64,000 bases of DNA from Candidatus Bathyarchaeia archaeon (GTDB lineage Archaea; Thermoproteota; Bathyarchaeia; 40CM-2-53-6). A program made the translations under genes and the position numbers. Location of the stretch: NCBI GenBank assembly GCA_049517415.1, contig JBEKSC010000001.1, forward strand, positions 96,001 to 160,000, in the 5' to 3' direction. Shown in pieces: positions 1-9,158 of this stretch. The notes below the pieces were generated by a model, which had not been told where the DNA came from, made no database searches, and was given only the letters and a program-made list of their open reading frames with translations. Numbering within the stretch: the stretch's first letter is position 1; every line of letters begins with the position of its first letter.

Positions 1-1827
1 GGCAACGTGTTGGAAGACGAAGAAGCTAAGGTGGTTGCCCACCAAGTCCTTGCCTGAGTTACGCAAATCGACTGGGTACCAGTAAAGAAACTCTTCCCGT
101 ATCTTCTCCAAAACTCTCCGATCGGCACCGGTTTGCTTGCTCAGTTCCTCGGACTTCCCCGTCCCGTAGAATATGAAATCGAAAATCTCAGGGATGAGCT
201 GCTCGGGCTTGATGTCCCCTGCATTGACAAATTTGCTCACCATGTAGTATGCCATGTAAATGGTTGAGTCGCTAAGCGTCTCTACGATCCAGTCCGGACT
301 CCATGGAAGAGGTGTGCCTAATCCTGTCTTTCGCGCACAAGGCCAGTCTTGCAGCCAATCGATGATGCTGTTCATCCATGTTCTGGCCTCCTCTGGATAG
401 AATGACATCTTGGAAATTGCCCCGTGCGTCCGTTCCTTCCATTCTGGGTCAGAGTACTTCAGGAACCATTGGTCCGCCAGGATTTTGGCTACACATTCAG
501 TGGTGCACCGGCAAACAACACGCTGCGGCAGCTCGTACATTACGTCCGCAATTCCCTTTCTTCTGAATTCAGCCACGAGAGATTGCTTGACGTTCGCAAC
601 CTTCTGCTTGGAGTAAGGGCCACAACTATCTTTGAGGAAACCACTGTGAAATTCTGCCTTGTAAATTTCCTTCGTCGCTTCCTCAGCTAACGGGTCGTTT
701 TGGTCACGAATTCTCATGCGGTCAACGATCTCTATTGCGGGAAATTCACCGTAGCCTTCGACCGATATTACTGAGATGGGTTGAATCACTGAAACGTCAT
801 CAGACTTAACGGCGAAGCCCTCCACGCTCGCCGGATTCTTCTGAATATCTCTTAAAGCAAGCCAGTCGAACGGGGCGTGTGCGGGAACGCTGTACACCAA
901 GCCAGACGCGTTATTTGTGTTCACGAATGTTCCAGGTAAAATCAATAGCTCCCTGTCCTGAATGAGGTCAAAGCATTTCTTTCCTACAAGTTCAGCGCCC
1001 TTCAGGTTCCTGATGACGGTGACACTTTTCAGTTGGTTGCGTAATTTTTCTGACGCGGGTCTGCTTATGACCCAATGTTCTCCGTTCACATCGGCCTCAA
1101 CGTACTCACCGTGAGGGTTGACCCAGAGATTAGTGACACCATAAATTGTCTCGGGCCTGAAAGTTGCGCAGGGTAAGAAGATCTCTCCCATTTTGAACTT
1201 CATTAGAATGAATTCTTCCGGTCTGACGCCTTCGCCCTCAAGCCTATCGTGATCACCCGTTGGGCTTTCGTCTTTCGGGCACCACACTACCGGGTGCGTA
1301 CCCTTGATGACGTACCCCCTTTCTCGAAGGCGTAGGTATTGCCAAACAACAAACTTGCTGAAAGCCTCGTCCAGAGAACTCGTGTGAAAATCTCTTCGCC
1401 AATCCACCGATATCCCTAAACGCTTTATCGCGTCACGATTGACGTCAGTATAATATTTCGCCATATACGCGGGGTCAACAAACTTCTTCAAATCGTCCTC
1501 TGCGACCTCGTCTACCTCCCTTATCGGTCGAATGAATTCTTCGTCTCCCATTTTGATGCGTTCAGCCGCGCCGGCAAGGGGCTTGCCAGTCCAATGCCAA
1601 GCCCACGGGTAGAGGACGTTGACACCGCACATCCGTTTGTAGCGTGCGTACACGTCTATTCTAGCGGCGGTGAAGCCGCTCCCGACGTGCAAGGGCCCGC
1701 TCATGTATGCGAAGGGAAATGTGACGAAACATTTCGGCCGTTTCGGGTCGGGGTCGGCCTCGAAGAGTTTTGCCTTAGCCCATTCTTCCCGCCATTTCTT
1801 GTCCAAAGCCGGCCAGTCAACAGGCAT
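1..1827 (-). CDS. leuS: Leucyl-tRNA synthetase, archaeal type (5' part; runs off window start)
   Basis: Not in ORF track. Manual translation from ATG 1827 gives MPVDWPALDKKWREEW...FVTFPFAYMSGPLHVG (HIGH-like motif)...WHWTG...THPVVWCPKDESPTGDHDRLEGEG...TFRPETIYGVTNLWVNP. Starts 5 nt after the alaS stop. Confidence 0.95.
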   Translation of the reverse strand, partial: MPVDWPALDKKWREEWAKAKLFEADPDPKRPKCFVTFPFAYMSGPLHVGSGFTAARIDVYARYKRMCGVNVLYPWAWHWTGKPLAGAAERIKMGDEEFIRPIREVDEVAEDDLKKFVDPAYMAKYYTDVNRDAIKRLGISVDWRRDFHTSSLDEAFSKFVVWQYLRLRERGYVIKGTHPVVWCPKDESPTGDHDRLEGEGVRPEEFILMKFKMGEIFLPCATFRPETIYGVTNLWVNPHGEYVEADVNGEHWVISRPASEKLRNQLKSVTVIRNLKGAELVGKKCFDLIQDRELLILPGTFVNTNNASGLVYSVPAHAPFDWLALRDIQKNPASVEGFAVKSDDVSVIQPISVISVEGYGEFPAIEIVDRMRIRDQNDPLAEEATKEIYKAEFHSGFLKDSCGPYSKQKVANVKQSLVAEFRRKGIADVMYELPQRVVCRCTTECVAKILADQWFLKYSDPEWKERTHGAISKMSFYPEEARTWMNSIIDWLQDWPCARKTGLGTPLPWSPDWIVETLSDSTIYMAYYMVSKFVNAGDIKPEQLIPEIFDFIFYGTGKSEELSKQTGADRRVLEKIREEFLYWYPVDLRNSGKDLVGNHLSFFVFQHVA

Positions 1828-1832
1828 GATTA

Positions 1833-4595
1833 TCACTTCAAGACCGCTTTCAGCGCCGATTCCGAGTTCCGCATCACTTCGTCAACCGCATTTAGGTTTG
1901 TTCCGCCGCCTTGGCCGAAGTAGTCTTTGCCCCCGCCACCTCCGCCTAGCATTGCGGCAAGTTTGCTGGCGAGCTTCCCCGCATTCACACCTTGAGCAAT
2001 TGCATCTTTTCCAGCACCGACGAAGATTCGGGCCGAATCCTTGACGAGGATTAGTACAATGACCGCGCTAGGTTCTTTCTCGACGATCTTGTTGTTCAAC
2101 GCGACTAAATCGCTCTCTTCACCACGATCATATTTGGCAGAGCACATCATTACGCGGCCGACGATTTTCGGAGACTGCAGAAGTCTTACAGCCTCTTGCT
2201 CCGCCCATTGTTTAGATAGTTCTTCGAGGCGTTTGGCCAGCTTTGTCCTATCTTCAACAAGTGTCTGAACGTATTGGTCTACTTTTTCGATGGGCGCTTC
2301 GACGACCGTTGAAATGCTTTTGATTTTCTTCTCCTGTTCTTGGAAGGCACGTAAAGCTTGAGTGCCTGCGGCGAAGATTATTCGTTCTACGCCGTCCTGA
2401 ATGCGCTCTGTGTGCAGAATCTTGATGGTCCCAATCTGTCCTGTCCTAGTGCAATGCGTTCCACCACATGCTTCCACATCCCAATCGCCAATCTTGATTA
2501 CCCGTACCTCCCGGCCGGGCACAACCCCTCCTTGGTAGAGCTTGAAACCATAAGCCTGCTCAGCCTTCTCCCTGGGCAGCCACTCGGACTCTACAGGAAT
2601 GTCTTGGAGGGCTACTTCCGTTGCAAGCCTTTCAATTTCTCTTGCCTGTTCCTCCGTAATTCTCTCGTAATGCGATATGTCAATTCGGCTGGAGTCAACG
2701 CCCTTCTTCGCGCCGGCCTGCCAAGCATGTTGACCCAGCACCCTTCTAGCCGCACCCAAAACCAAGTGTGTGCCTGTATGATGACGCATCAAACTGATGC
2801 GCCTGTTCCATTCAATTGAACCTCGCACGATTTCCCCAATGCGAGGTGGTGTACCTTCTATTTGGTGGACTATGATTCGGGTAACTTTCTGTGTGTCTAC
2901 GACTTTGATTGGCCCATTAGAGGTCTGAAGGACTCCGATGTCGCCGGGTTGGCCACCCCCTTCGGGGTAGAAGCAGGTTTGGTCCAAGACGACGAACCTG
3001 TTTTCGAGGATCGCGATTACTTTTCCTTGGAACTCCTTCTGGAAGGGGTCTTTGTAGTATAATGTGGCAGTGTCCTGTAGCCCGCTGACCTTGTCCTTCA
3101 GTGAGTCAATCACTTTCGATTCTGTTTCTTCCTCTGAAACGCGCTTTACAGACAAATGCTTCTGGGCGACCATTCCATAGAAGTTTCCCGGAGGATCCAC
3201 TGATACCCCGAGCGGTTCTGCGATCTCTCGCACTATGTCCGGAACCATTCCGTGAGAGTCATACAAGTCAACGAGAGTCTGCGGAGGAATTTCGTTAAGT
3301 CCCTTAGTTTTCAGGTCGCTTGCAATTTTCTTTACTAGGTCTGAGCCCCGTTCGATTGTTCTTCGATACTTGGATTCTTCTGACTTGATTTCTCCCGCTA
3401 TCTCACTCTTCATTCCTTTTAGTTGAGGGAAGTCGCCACCCCAGTAGTCTACTTGGGCGTCGATTATATCCAACATTTTGTCTTCAATGCCCAATTGGCG
3501 CAGCATTCGGTAGGTCCGTCGAATCAGCAAACGGATCAAGTAGCCTTCTTCAACGTTTGAGGGAACAACGCCCTCTGATAGTAGGAAGGCAATTGCCTTT
3601 GTGTGATCGGCAACCGCCATCGCACTTTCAATCGGCGTAAGAGCCTTCTCGAGTTCCCTCCAATCCATGCCTATACTTTCGGCAACTTTCTTTCGGGCAT
3701 CAATACGGCTCTCGTTGCGTTCGATGTTCATGTAACTCGAAAACGGAACAACTTTTGCAACCAGCTTCTCGTCATACTTGAGGTTGGCTAGTTGGAATAT
3801 GCTGTCTAATACCTGGCCGTAAAGGACCTCGAAAGCGCTGGCTGTTCCCTGGCTTAACCATGCCCAACGCTCTATCCCGTATCCCGTGTCGACGGTTCGG
3901 ATCGGGAGTTTGACGAGTTGATCGCCCTGAACCTTGTACTGCATAAAGACTAGGGTGGAGATTTCTAGTCCGGCGCTAAGACACTCAAGGTCGGGGCCAG
4001 CGTTTCCGCCTCCTGACCAGAAATGCTCTTTGTATGAAATCGATTCCGACTTCAGGCCGAACTCTTCGGTGGCTAGCTGGTGGTGGTAGCGGATTGTTTG
4101 GTCCATCCAGTAGACCTCCTTGTCAGGGTAGTTGAAGGCGTGAGCGCCTCCCATTTCGAACATTAGCTCATGGCGCCCCAATGTTGGGCCGACATTGTCT
4201 ATGTCCGTGAACCTAATGGATGGCTGACTGACGACGAGTGGGTTTGCTGGGGGCGGAATCATACCTTCCGTAACGTAGGGCTGGAAATCGTAGATCGACG
4301 CTCCTACAAGGAAGACATCATCCCGCCACCGTGCCACAACCGGGTACGGGTTGATCCTTTTGTGTCCATTCCGTTCGAAGAATGACAAGAAAAGTTCACG
4401 CATATCATGAATGGAGTACCGCCGCTTAGCTGGAGGTTTCCCAATAAACGAGTATTGAACGCAGGGACTGTCTCCGCAGAATTTCTCGTCAGGCCTCTGA
4501 GTCCAGAAGTAACCTTTGCAGCATTCACACTGCTTGCGCTGAAACCCATTCTCCTTGAAGAACGGGACGGCGAATTCTTTCTCATTAATCTCCAT
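1833..4595 (-). CDS. alaS: Alanyl-tRNA synthetase
   Basis: 920 aa. Archaeal N-terminal CxxC zinc motif, ARWRDD, WSGGGNAGP, DTGYGIER, editing HxxxH/CGGTH, C-terminal GGGGG. Confidence 0.98.
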   Translation of the reverse strand: MEINEKEFAVPFFKENGFQRKQCECCKGYFWTQRPDEKFCGDSPCVQYSFIGKPPAKRRYSIHDMRELFLSFFERNGHKRINPYPVVARWRDDVFLVGASIYDFQPYVTEGMIPPPANPLVVSQPSIRFTDIDNVGPTLGRHELMFEMGGAHAFNYPDKEVYWMDQTIRYHHQLATEEFGLKSESISYKEHFWSGGGNAGPDLECLSAGLEISTLVFMQYKVQGDQLVKLPIRTVDTGYGIERWAWLSQGTASAFEVLYGQVLDSIFQLANLKYDEKLVAKVVPFSSYMNIERNESRIDARKKVAESIGMDWRELEKALTPIESAMAVADHTKAIAFLLSEGVVPSNVEEGYLIRLLIRRTYRMLRQLGIEDKMLDIIDAQVDYWGGDFPQLKGMKSEIAGEIKSEESKYRRTIERGSDLVKKIASDLKTKGLNEIPPQTLVDLYDSHGMVPDIVREIAEPLGVSVDPPGNFYGMVAQKHLSVKRVSEEETESKVIDSLKDKVSGLQDTATLYYKDPFQKEFQGKVIAILENRFVVLDQTCFYPEGGGQPGDIGVLQTSNGPIKVVDTQKVTRIIVHQIEGTPPRIGEIVRGSIEWNRRISLMRHHTGTHLVLGAARRVLGQHAWQAGAKKGVDSSRIDISHYERITEEQAREIERLATEVALQDIPVESEWLPREKAEQAYGFKLYQGGVVPGREVRVIKIGDWDVEACGGTHCTRTGQIGTIKILHTERIQDGVERIIFAAGTQALRAFQEQEKKIKSISTVVEAPIEKVDQYVQTLVEDRTKLAKRLEELSKQWAEQEAVRLLQSPKIVGRVMMCSAKYDRGEESDLVALNNKIVEKEPSAVIVLILVKDSARIFVGAGKDAIAQGVNAGKLASKLAAMLGGGGGGKDYFGQGGGTNLNAVDEVMRNSESALKAVLK

Positions 4596-4603
4596 TAACT
4601 GAT

Positions 4604-4679
4604 ACCCCCAGCCGACAGAACGAAGCAGACTAAACTAGTTAGCTATTTGCCCGCTCCCTCTGTCAGCGAGGTGCGAGCA
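4604..4679 (-). promoter_or_regulatory. alaS leader RNA: SD-sequestering hairpin and alternative hairpin
   Basis: ACCUC-GCUGACAGAGGGAGCGGGC pairs with GUCUGCUUCGUUCUGUCGGC-UG-GGGGU, covering the SD 8 nt before the alaS ATG. The alternative stem UGCUCGC-A-CCUC/GAGG-GA-GCGGGCA is mutually exclusive with it. Confidence 0.65.
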
Positions 4680-4716
4680 CGAGGGCCTGAAGCAAAAGCA
4701 GAAGATTAGCGGACAT
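4663..4716 (-). CDS. Putative Leu/Ala-rich leader peptide MSANLLLLLQALVLAPR
   Basis: ATG TCC GCT AAT CTT CTG CTT TTG CTT CAG GCC CTC GTG CTC GCA CCT CGC TGA: 7 Leu and 3 Ala codons of 17, directly upstream of alaS-leuS. Confidence 0.6.
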   Translation of the reverse strand: MSANLLLLLQALVLAPR

Positions 4717-4802
4717 GAGGCCCAGCTCTAACTCAGATATTCAGCTAAGCATACTCATAATGTTTACTTCAGAAGCGTTGCGGCCGGGAAACAGAGCAGG
4801 AC

Positions 4803-4970
4803 ATGGTCATGAACCTGATGCGGTGTACGCCTCAGCCCACCATGCCGTTAACCTACATTCGCGAACAAGAATGGTACAGCACACAATGCGACAATATTGA
4901 GCAAATAACGAAAGAGGTCACGGAGCCAACCGGTAAGCAGCGCATGTTCAACCGGGTAATACGCAAGTGA
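4803..4970 (+). pseudogene. Possible degenerate zinc-ribbon microprotein (55 aa)
   Basis: RCTPQPTMPLTYIREQEWYSTQC resembles an archaeal CxxCxxPLTYIxxxxRWYCxxC ribbon that has lost cysteines. Confidence 0.2.
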
Positions 4971-5080
4971 AGACTACGAGATCTCTTCACGGACACGGGT
5001 CTAGTACGTGTCATCCTAAGTTGCAACTCGATATTGAATTGCTCGCTCACGAAACTAACAGTTCCCTATAGAGCCGAGGG

Positions 5081-5836
5081 TCATTGGGAGATGGTTTCGG
5101 TTTTGAGTAATGCTGGAAAAACCGAGCGAACCTTGTTCGGTGGGCGCATTGAAGTCAGACGGCTCTGTTTCAGGCCCATCGAAACGAGTACCTCGGCAAG
5201 CTTAAGGCATGCCGCTGCGGCGTTCACCACTGGGACCTCGTAACCGTCCTCCTTGAGTAGACTTTCAACCTTCTTGGCTACGCCCGTCATGCCCGTGCAA
5301 CCGAGTACGAGAACATGCGCGCCATCTTCTTGTATGGCCGCAATCATCTCCTTGTGTAAGGCCTCGACAAGCTTCCCTTTTTCTTCCAAGCCAAGAACCG
5401 GAATATTCGCAAACCTAACGGAAGCAAGCTTCTTCTCAAGACCATACTGAGCCGCGAGGTCTTCTGCTAACGGAAGAAAATTGCGTAACGTCGTGACTAC
5501 AGAGAACCGCTGCCCAAGACAGGATGCGAAGTGCATTGAGGCTTCCGCGGCTCCGACTACGGGAATGTTCAGGATCTCTCTGGCAGCCTTCACTCCCGGA
5601 TCACCGAAACAGTTGCTTATCACAGCGTCGTATCCTTCAGCCTCAGCTTGCTCGGCTTGGCGAAGGAAATCGGGTACGCAAAGAGCTTCATCTAATTCGC
5701 ACTCAATGGATTCCGGTCCGAAGTCTAAATGCGTAAGGGTTATCTGCGTTCCAGGAAAAGCGTAACTGGACATCTCTCGCTCCTCCTCGGCATCAAGTTG
5801 ACCGGACGTGATCGGGTTAATGACTTTAAGTTTCAA
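5081..5836 (-). CDS. Asp/Glu/hydantoin racemase family (allantoin/hydantoin racemase-like)
   Basis: KVINP, GPESIE, CFGDPG and LGCTGM two-Cys motifs. Likely TTG start at 5836; the ORF extends to 5893. Confidence 0.88.
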   Translation of the reverse strand: MKLKVINPITSGQLDAEEEREMSSYAFPGTQITLTHLDFGPESIECELDEALCVPDFLRQAEQAEAEGYDAVISNCFGDPGVKAAREILNIPVVGAAEASMHFASCLGQRFSVVTTLRNFLPLAEDLAAQYGLEKKLASVRFANIPVLGLEEKGKLVEALHKEMIAAIQEDGAHVLVLGCTGMTGVAKKVESLLKEDGYEVPVVNAAAACLKLAEVLVSMGLKQSRLTSMRPPNKVRSVFPALLKTETISQ

Positions 5837-5886
5837 GGACTTCGCAAATTGATACTCGTACCCGCCCTTAAATGATTTTGATTCAA

Positions 5887-6099
5887 TCACCAAGATGCGA
5901 AATGGTCGAACGACGGGTGCACTTCACCTACTTCACATACTCTCTCTTCTGCATAGGCTGAAAGACTGAAAATCCCAGAACTGTAGACTCGCGTCGCCAC
6001 CGAAATGTCTTTGACGTTCTCGTCGACCTTTTCGACAATCCCAGCAGCCTCGATGCCGGGAAGAAGAGAAACTAACTTATTGTGGCAGCAGTCATTCAA
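5887..6099 (-). pseudogene. Fragment of MDR/quinone oxidoreductase (GroES-like domain)
   Basis: LPGIEAAGIVEKVDENVKDISVATRVYSSG...AYAEE matches the MDR N-terminal domain. No Rossmann domain follows. Confidence 0.6.
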
Positions 6100-6113
6100 A
6101 CTAGGTTAGTTTC

Positions 6114-6497
6114 TTGGAGTCTGATGCAAAACCATATGTGAAAGACGAAATCAAATTCTGTAGACTTTCCGACCTAAAGGAAGAATGGCTAAATCCAAAG
6201 CTTTCGAGGAGGACTATCTCGGGAAATAATGAGATGCTCGGCTATATCGTCCTGTTGAAAGGGTGTGTTGTTCCACCCCACAAGCATGTGAGCGAACAAA
6301 TCACAGTCATTCTAAAGGGTGCGCTGAAATTCACAATAAACGGAAAAGATACCGTCGTGAAAGAGGGAGAGGTTTTGGTAATTCCGTCGAACATTGAGCA
6401 TACTGCAATTGCGATTGAAGATACACTAGACCTTGACTGTTTCAGCCCTCCTCGAGAAGATTGGGTTGCAGGTAAAGATAACTATCTGCGTGGCTAG
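6114..6497 (+). CDS. Cupin domain protein
   Basis: PPHKHVSEQ...GEVLVIPSNIEH...FSPPREDW. Confidence 0.9.
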   Translation: MESDAKPYVKDEIKFCRLSDLKEEWLNPKLSRRTISGNNEMLGYIVLLKGCVVPPHKHVSEQITVILKGALKFTINGKDTVVKEGEVLVIPSNIEHTAIAIEDTLDLDCFSPPREDWVAGKDNYLRG

Positions 6498-6733
6498 GGC
6501 GGTTGTGCATTTAGAGTTCGGGCACGACTCCGGTACTCATCGACGCTTTCTACGGATTCGTTGGGTCTGTAGGGGCCATCATAGTATGTTGCCACTCAGC
6601 TAGGAGCCGACCTCAACAACTTGAACACTGATGCTGAGGTTTTTCGGCCTTGATTGATTTTGTGACTCATACATGCAATTGTAAATCTAACTAGAGTATG
6701 TATCGACCCCTTATATCGGCTCCCGACTTCTAG

Positions 6734-6803
6734 CCCTAGTTGCTCCCATCCCAAGCTTGCGAGCGTCCCGCCGGACAGAGGGGAGCAGACTTAGGGATTC
6801 GAA
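6734..6803 (+). promoter_or_regulatory. Structured 5' UTR candidate of the pdh-like operon
   Basis: TATA-like TTATAT at 6711. P1 CCCTAG-TTGCTCCC/GGGAGCAG-AC-TTAGGG encloses hairpins GCT(TGCG)AGC and GTCC(CGCC)GGAC. Confidence 0.4.
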
Positions 6804-8411
6804 ATGAAGGACGATCGAATTACGGACCATCCTATTGTGCGATTCGACCGCGGAGAACCCGTCACATTCTTCTTCGAAGGGAGACCCGTTGAGGGATATT
6901 CAAATGAGACCATCGCAGCCGCGCTCTATGCGAGTGGCGTAAGGACCTTCAGTCGAAGTATGAAGTATCATAGACCCCGAGGCTTCTTTTGCGCAATAGG
7001 CCGCTGTTCAGCCTGCATGATGACGGTTAACGGCATACCAAATGTTCGAACTTGCATGACGAACATCCGTGACAGTATGAAAGTGCAACGGCAGAGCGGT
7101 TTTCCTAATGCTGATCATGATCTCTTTTCAATAATGGACAAGCTTGGATTCTACTTCTCGCTGAAGTCAGGTTTCTATCACCGAAAGATGATCTCTCCAA
7201 GCTTCATGAGAGGCACCTACATCAAAGTAATCACGTCGTTTACGGGCTTGGGAAAACTTCCAACGAAAAAGGCCATTCCAACCACCAGAACCGATAAAGT
7301 TCACGAGAATGTTGACTTAGTAATAATCGGAGGCGGACCTGCCGGGCTTACGGCTGCGTTGGAAGCTGGGCGAAGGGGCGCGAAAGTCGTTATACTCGAC
7401 GACAAGAAAATGCTAGGAGGACAACTCGTAAAGCAAACGCACCGGTTCTTCGGCGATGCCCGACACCACGCGGGAGTGAGAGGTATTCGAATCGCCGAGA
7501 AGTTGACGAAGAAAATCTTTGAATTGAGAAATATCAAACCCTACGTAGGCGCAAGCGTCTTCGGAATATTCGATAAACATACAGTCGGAGCGGTACAAGA
7601 GGATAGGTTACTGAAGTTTGAAGCCCGAAAGATAATCATTGCGACAGGCGCCTACGAGAGGACTCTGGTTTTCGAAAACAACGATCTACCAGGCGTGTAC
7701 GGGGCGGGCGGTGTCCAAACTCTGATGAACACCTACGCAATAAAGCCGGGCTCAAGAGCCTTGGTTGTAGGGTCTGGGAACGTTGGCCTCATCCTTACCT
7801 ACCAACTCCTTCAAGCAGGCGTCAAAGTAGTAGCGATCGTTGAAGCACTCCCAAAGATTGGCGGGTATTTGGTTCATGCAGCCAAAGTTCGTCGACGGGG
7901 CATCCCGATACTCACATCGCACACGGTTCTCAAGGCACTAGGACGCAACCGCGTCCAAGGAGCGGTGGTCGCGCAGATCGACAACTCATTCAAGCCGATA
8001 GCTGATACTGAACGGCGCTACGAATGCGATCTCATATGCATCGCAGTCGGACTCACGCCCACTTACGAACTAGCGTCTCATGCAGGAGCGCAGATGCAAT
8101 TTGTTCCGGAACTAGGCGGGTTCGTACCGCGAAGAACCAAGTCATTGGAAATTTCAGAAGGAACCTACATAGCGGGGGATTCTTCCGGAATCGAAGAAGC
8201 AACAACAGCTATGCTAGAAGGCCAGATTGCTGGAGTTGACGCCGCGACAAAGCTAGGTTACGGCCTGCCTGGTGATGAAGAGCAGCTCGCGGGATGGATC
8301 AAGCAACTGGACGACGTTCGGTCTGGGCCATTTGGCGAGAAGATTCGACGAGGACTTGAGAGCGTAATAACAGAAGAGGGCATGATTGGAGCAAAATCAA
8401 TTGTCCATTAA
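6804..8411 (+). CDS. pdhA: Dye-linked L-proline dehydrogenase/sarcosine oxidase-like alpha subunit (2Fe-2S + FAD/NAD)
   Basis: RPRGFFCAIGRCSAC...C 2Fe-2S domain, GGGPAG, LGGQLVKQTHRFFG, ATGAYER, GSGNVG. Confidence 0.85.
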   Translation: MKDDRITDHPIVRFDRGEPVTFFFEGRPVEGYSNETIAAALYASGVRTFSRSMKYHRPRGFFCAIGRCSACMMTVNGIPNVRTCMTNIRDSMKVQRQSGFPNADHDLFSIMDKLGFYFSLKSGFYHRKMISPSFMRGTYIKVITSFTGLGKLPTKKAIPTTRTDKVHENVDLVIIGGGPAGLTAALEAGRRGAKVVILDDKKMLGGQLVKQTHRFFGDARHHAGVRGIRIAEKLTKKIFELRNIKPYVGASVFGIFDKHTVGAVQEDRLLKFEARKIIIATGAYERTLVFENNDLPGVYGAGGVQTLMNTYAIKPGSRALVVGSGNVGLILTYQLLQAGVKVVAIVEALPKIGGYLVHAAKVRRRGIPILTSHTVLKALGRNRVQGAVVAQIDNSFKPIADTERRYECDLICIAVGLTPTYELASHAGAQMQFVPELGGFVPRRTKSLEISEGTYIAGDSSGIEEATTAMLEGQIAGVDAATKLGYGLPGDEEQLAGWIKQLDDVRSGPFGEKIRRGLESVITEEGMIGAKSIVH

Positions 8412-8892
8412 AGACGGTATAATCCGGCTTGAAGAACTGCACGCTCTGCACCTCGTGCCCCCACTTGCAAGGCTGAGGGAGAAGCGGCCGATCGTTATGA
8501 TTGAATGCGTTCAAGAGATTCCATGCAACTCATGCGCCATGGCATGCAAACTAGGCGCGATAAGGATGGAAAACGTGAACGCCATCCCAACAATAGACTA
8601 CAATAAATGCATTGGCTGCATTTCCTGCCTCATGGTATGCCCGGGGCAGGCGGTCTTCCTTCTGAAAGTAGCCGAGGGCATGGGGCAGATAACAATGCAA
8701 TACGAATTTCGCTCCGTCCCGGAGATTGGAGATCTGGTTCACGCTCTTGACCGCGACGGCAGAGTGCTTGGCGAAGCAAAGGTGATCCGAGTGTTTCCAG
8801 CTGACCGAAATGATGGAACAGCCCTCATAACGATCCAAGTACCAGAAGACTGGCTGTTTAGCGCAAGGGGCATTGCAGTTGGCGATCCATAA
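8386..8892 (+). CDS. 4Fe-4S ferredoxin subunit of the PDH-like complex
   Basis: IECVQEIPCNSCAMAC and CIGCISCLMVCP motifs; overlaps the alpha subunit gene. Confidence 0.88.
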   Translation: MEQNQLSIKDGIIRLEELHALHLVPPLARLREKRPIVMIECVQEIPCNSCAMACKLGAIRMENVNAIPTIDYNKCIGCISCLMVCPGQAVFLLKVAEGMGQITMQYEFRSVPEIGDLVHALDRDGRVLGEAKVIRVFPADRNDGTALITIQVPEDWLFSARGIAVGDP

Positions 8893-9158
8893 TGGGCAAG
8901 AAGATAGTTTGTTACTGTGAAGATCTCACCGAGGAGGATTTCCTTAAGGTCATCGAAGAGGGATACGATGACATTGAGAGCCTGAAGAGGTACTCCGGTT
9001 TCTCGACTGGGCCATGCCAAGGAAAAACCTGTATGATGCATGTCCTAAGGTTACTTGCGCAACAGCAGAAGCTGAAACCCACCGAACTCCGTCTGACAAC
9101 TCAGAGACCCCCGGTAGATCCCGTGGCACTGAAAATCCTCGCTAGAGATGAGAAGTAA
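8892..9158 (+). CDS. BFD-like 2Fe-2S small subunit
   Basis: VCYCED...TGPCQGKTC...TQRPP; TAATG coupling. Confidence 0.88.
   Translation: MGKKIVCYCEDLTEEDFLKVIEEGYDDIESLKRYSGFSTGPCQGKTCMMHVLRLLAQQQKLKPTELRLTTQRPPVDPVALKILARDEK

Noticed and set aside
378..4598. Many plus-strand ORFs over leuS/alaS, and similar antisense ORFs throughout the window
   Set aside because: They are shadow frames of well-supported genes on the opposite strand and carry no motifs.
4853..5050. 65-aa minus-strand ORF and the 4715-4900 plus-strand ORF
   Set aside because: No recognisable motif or SD; composition looks non-coding.
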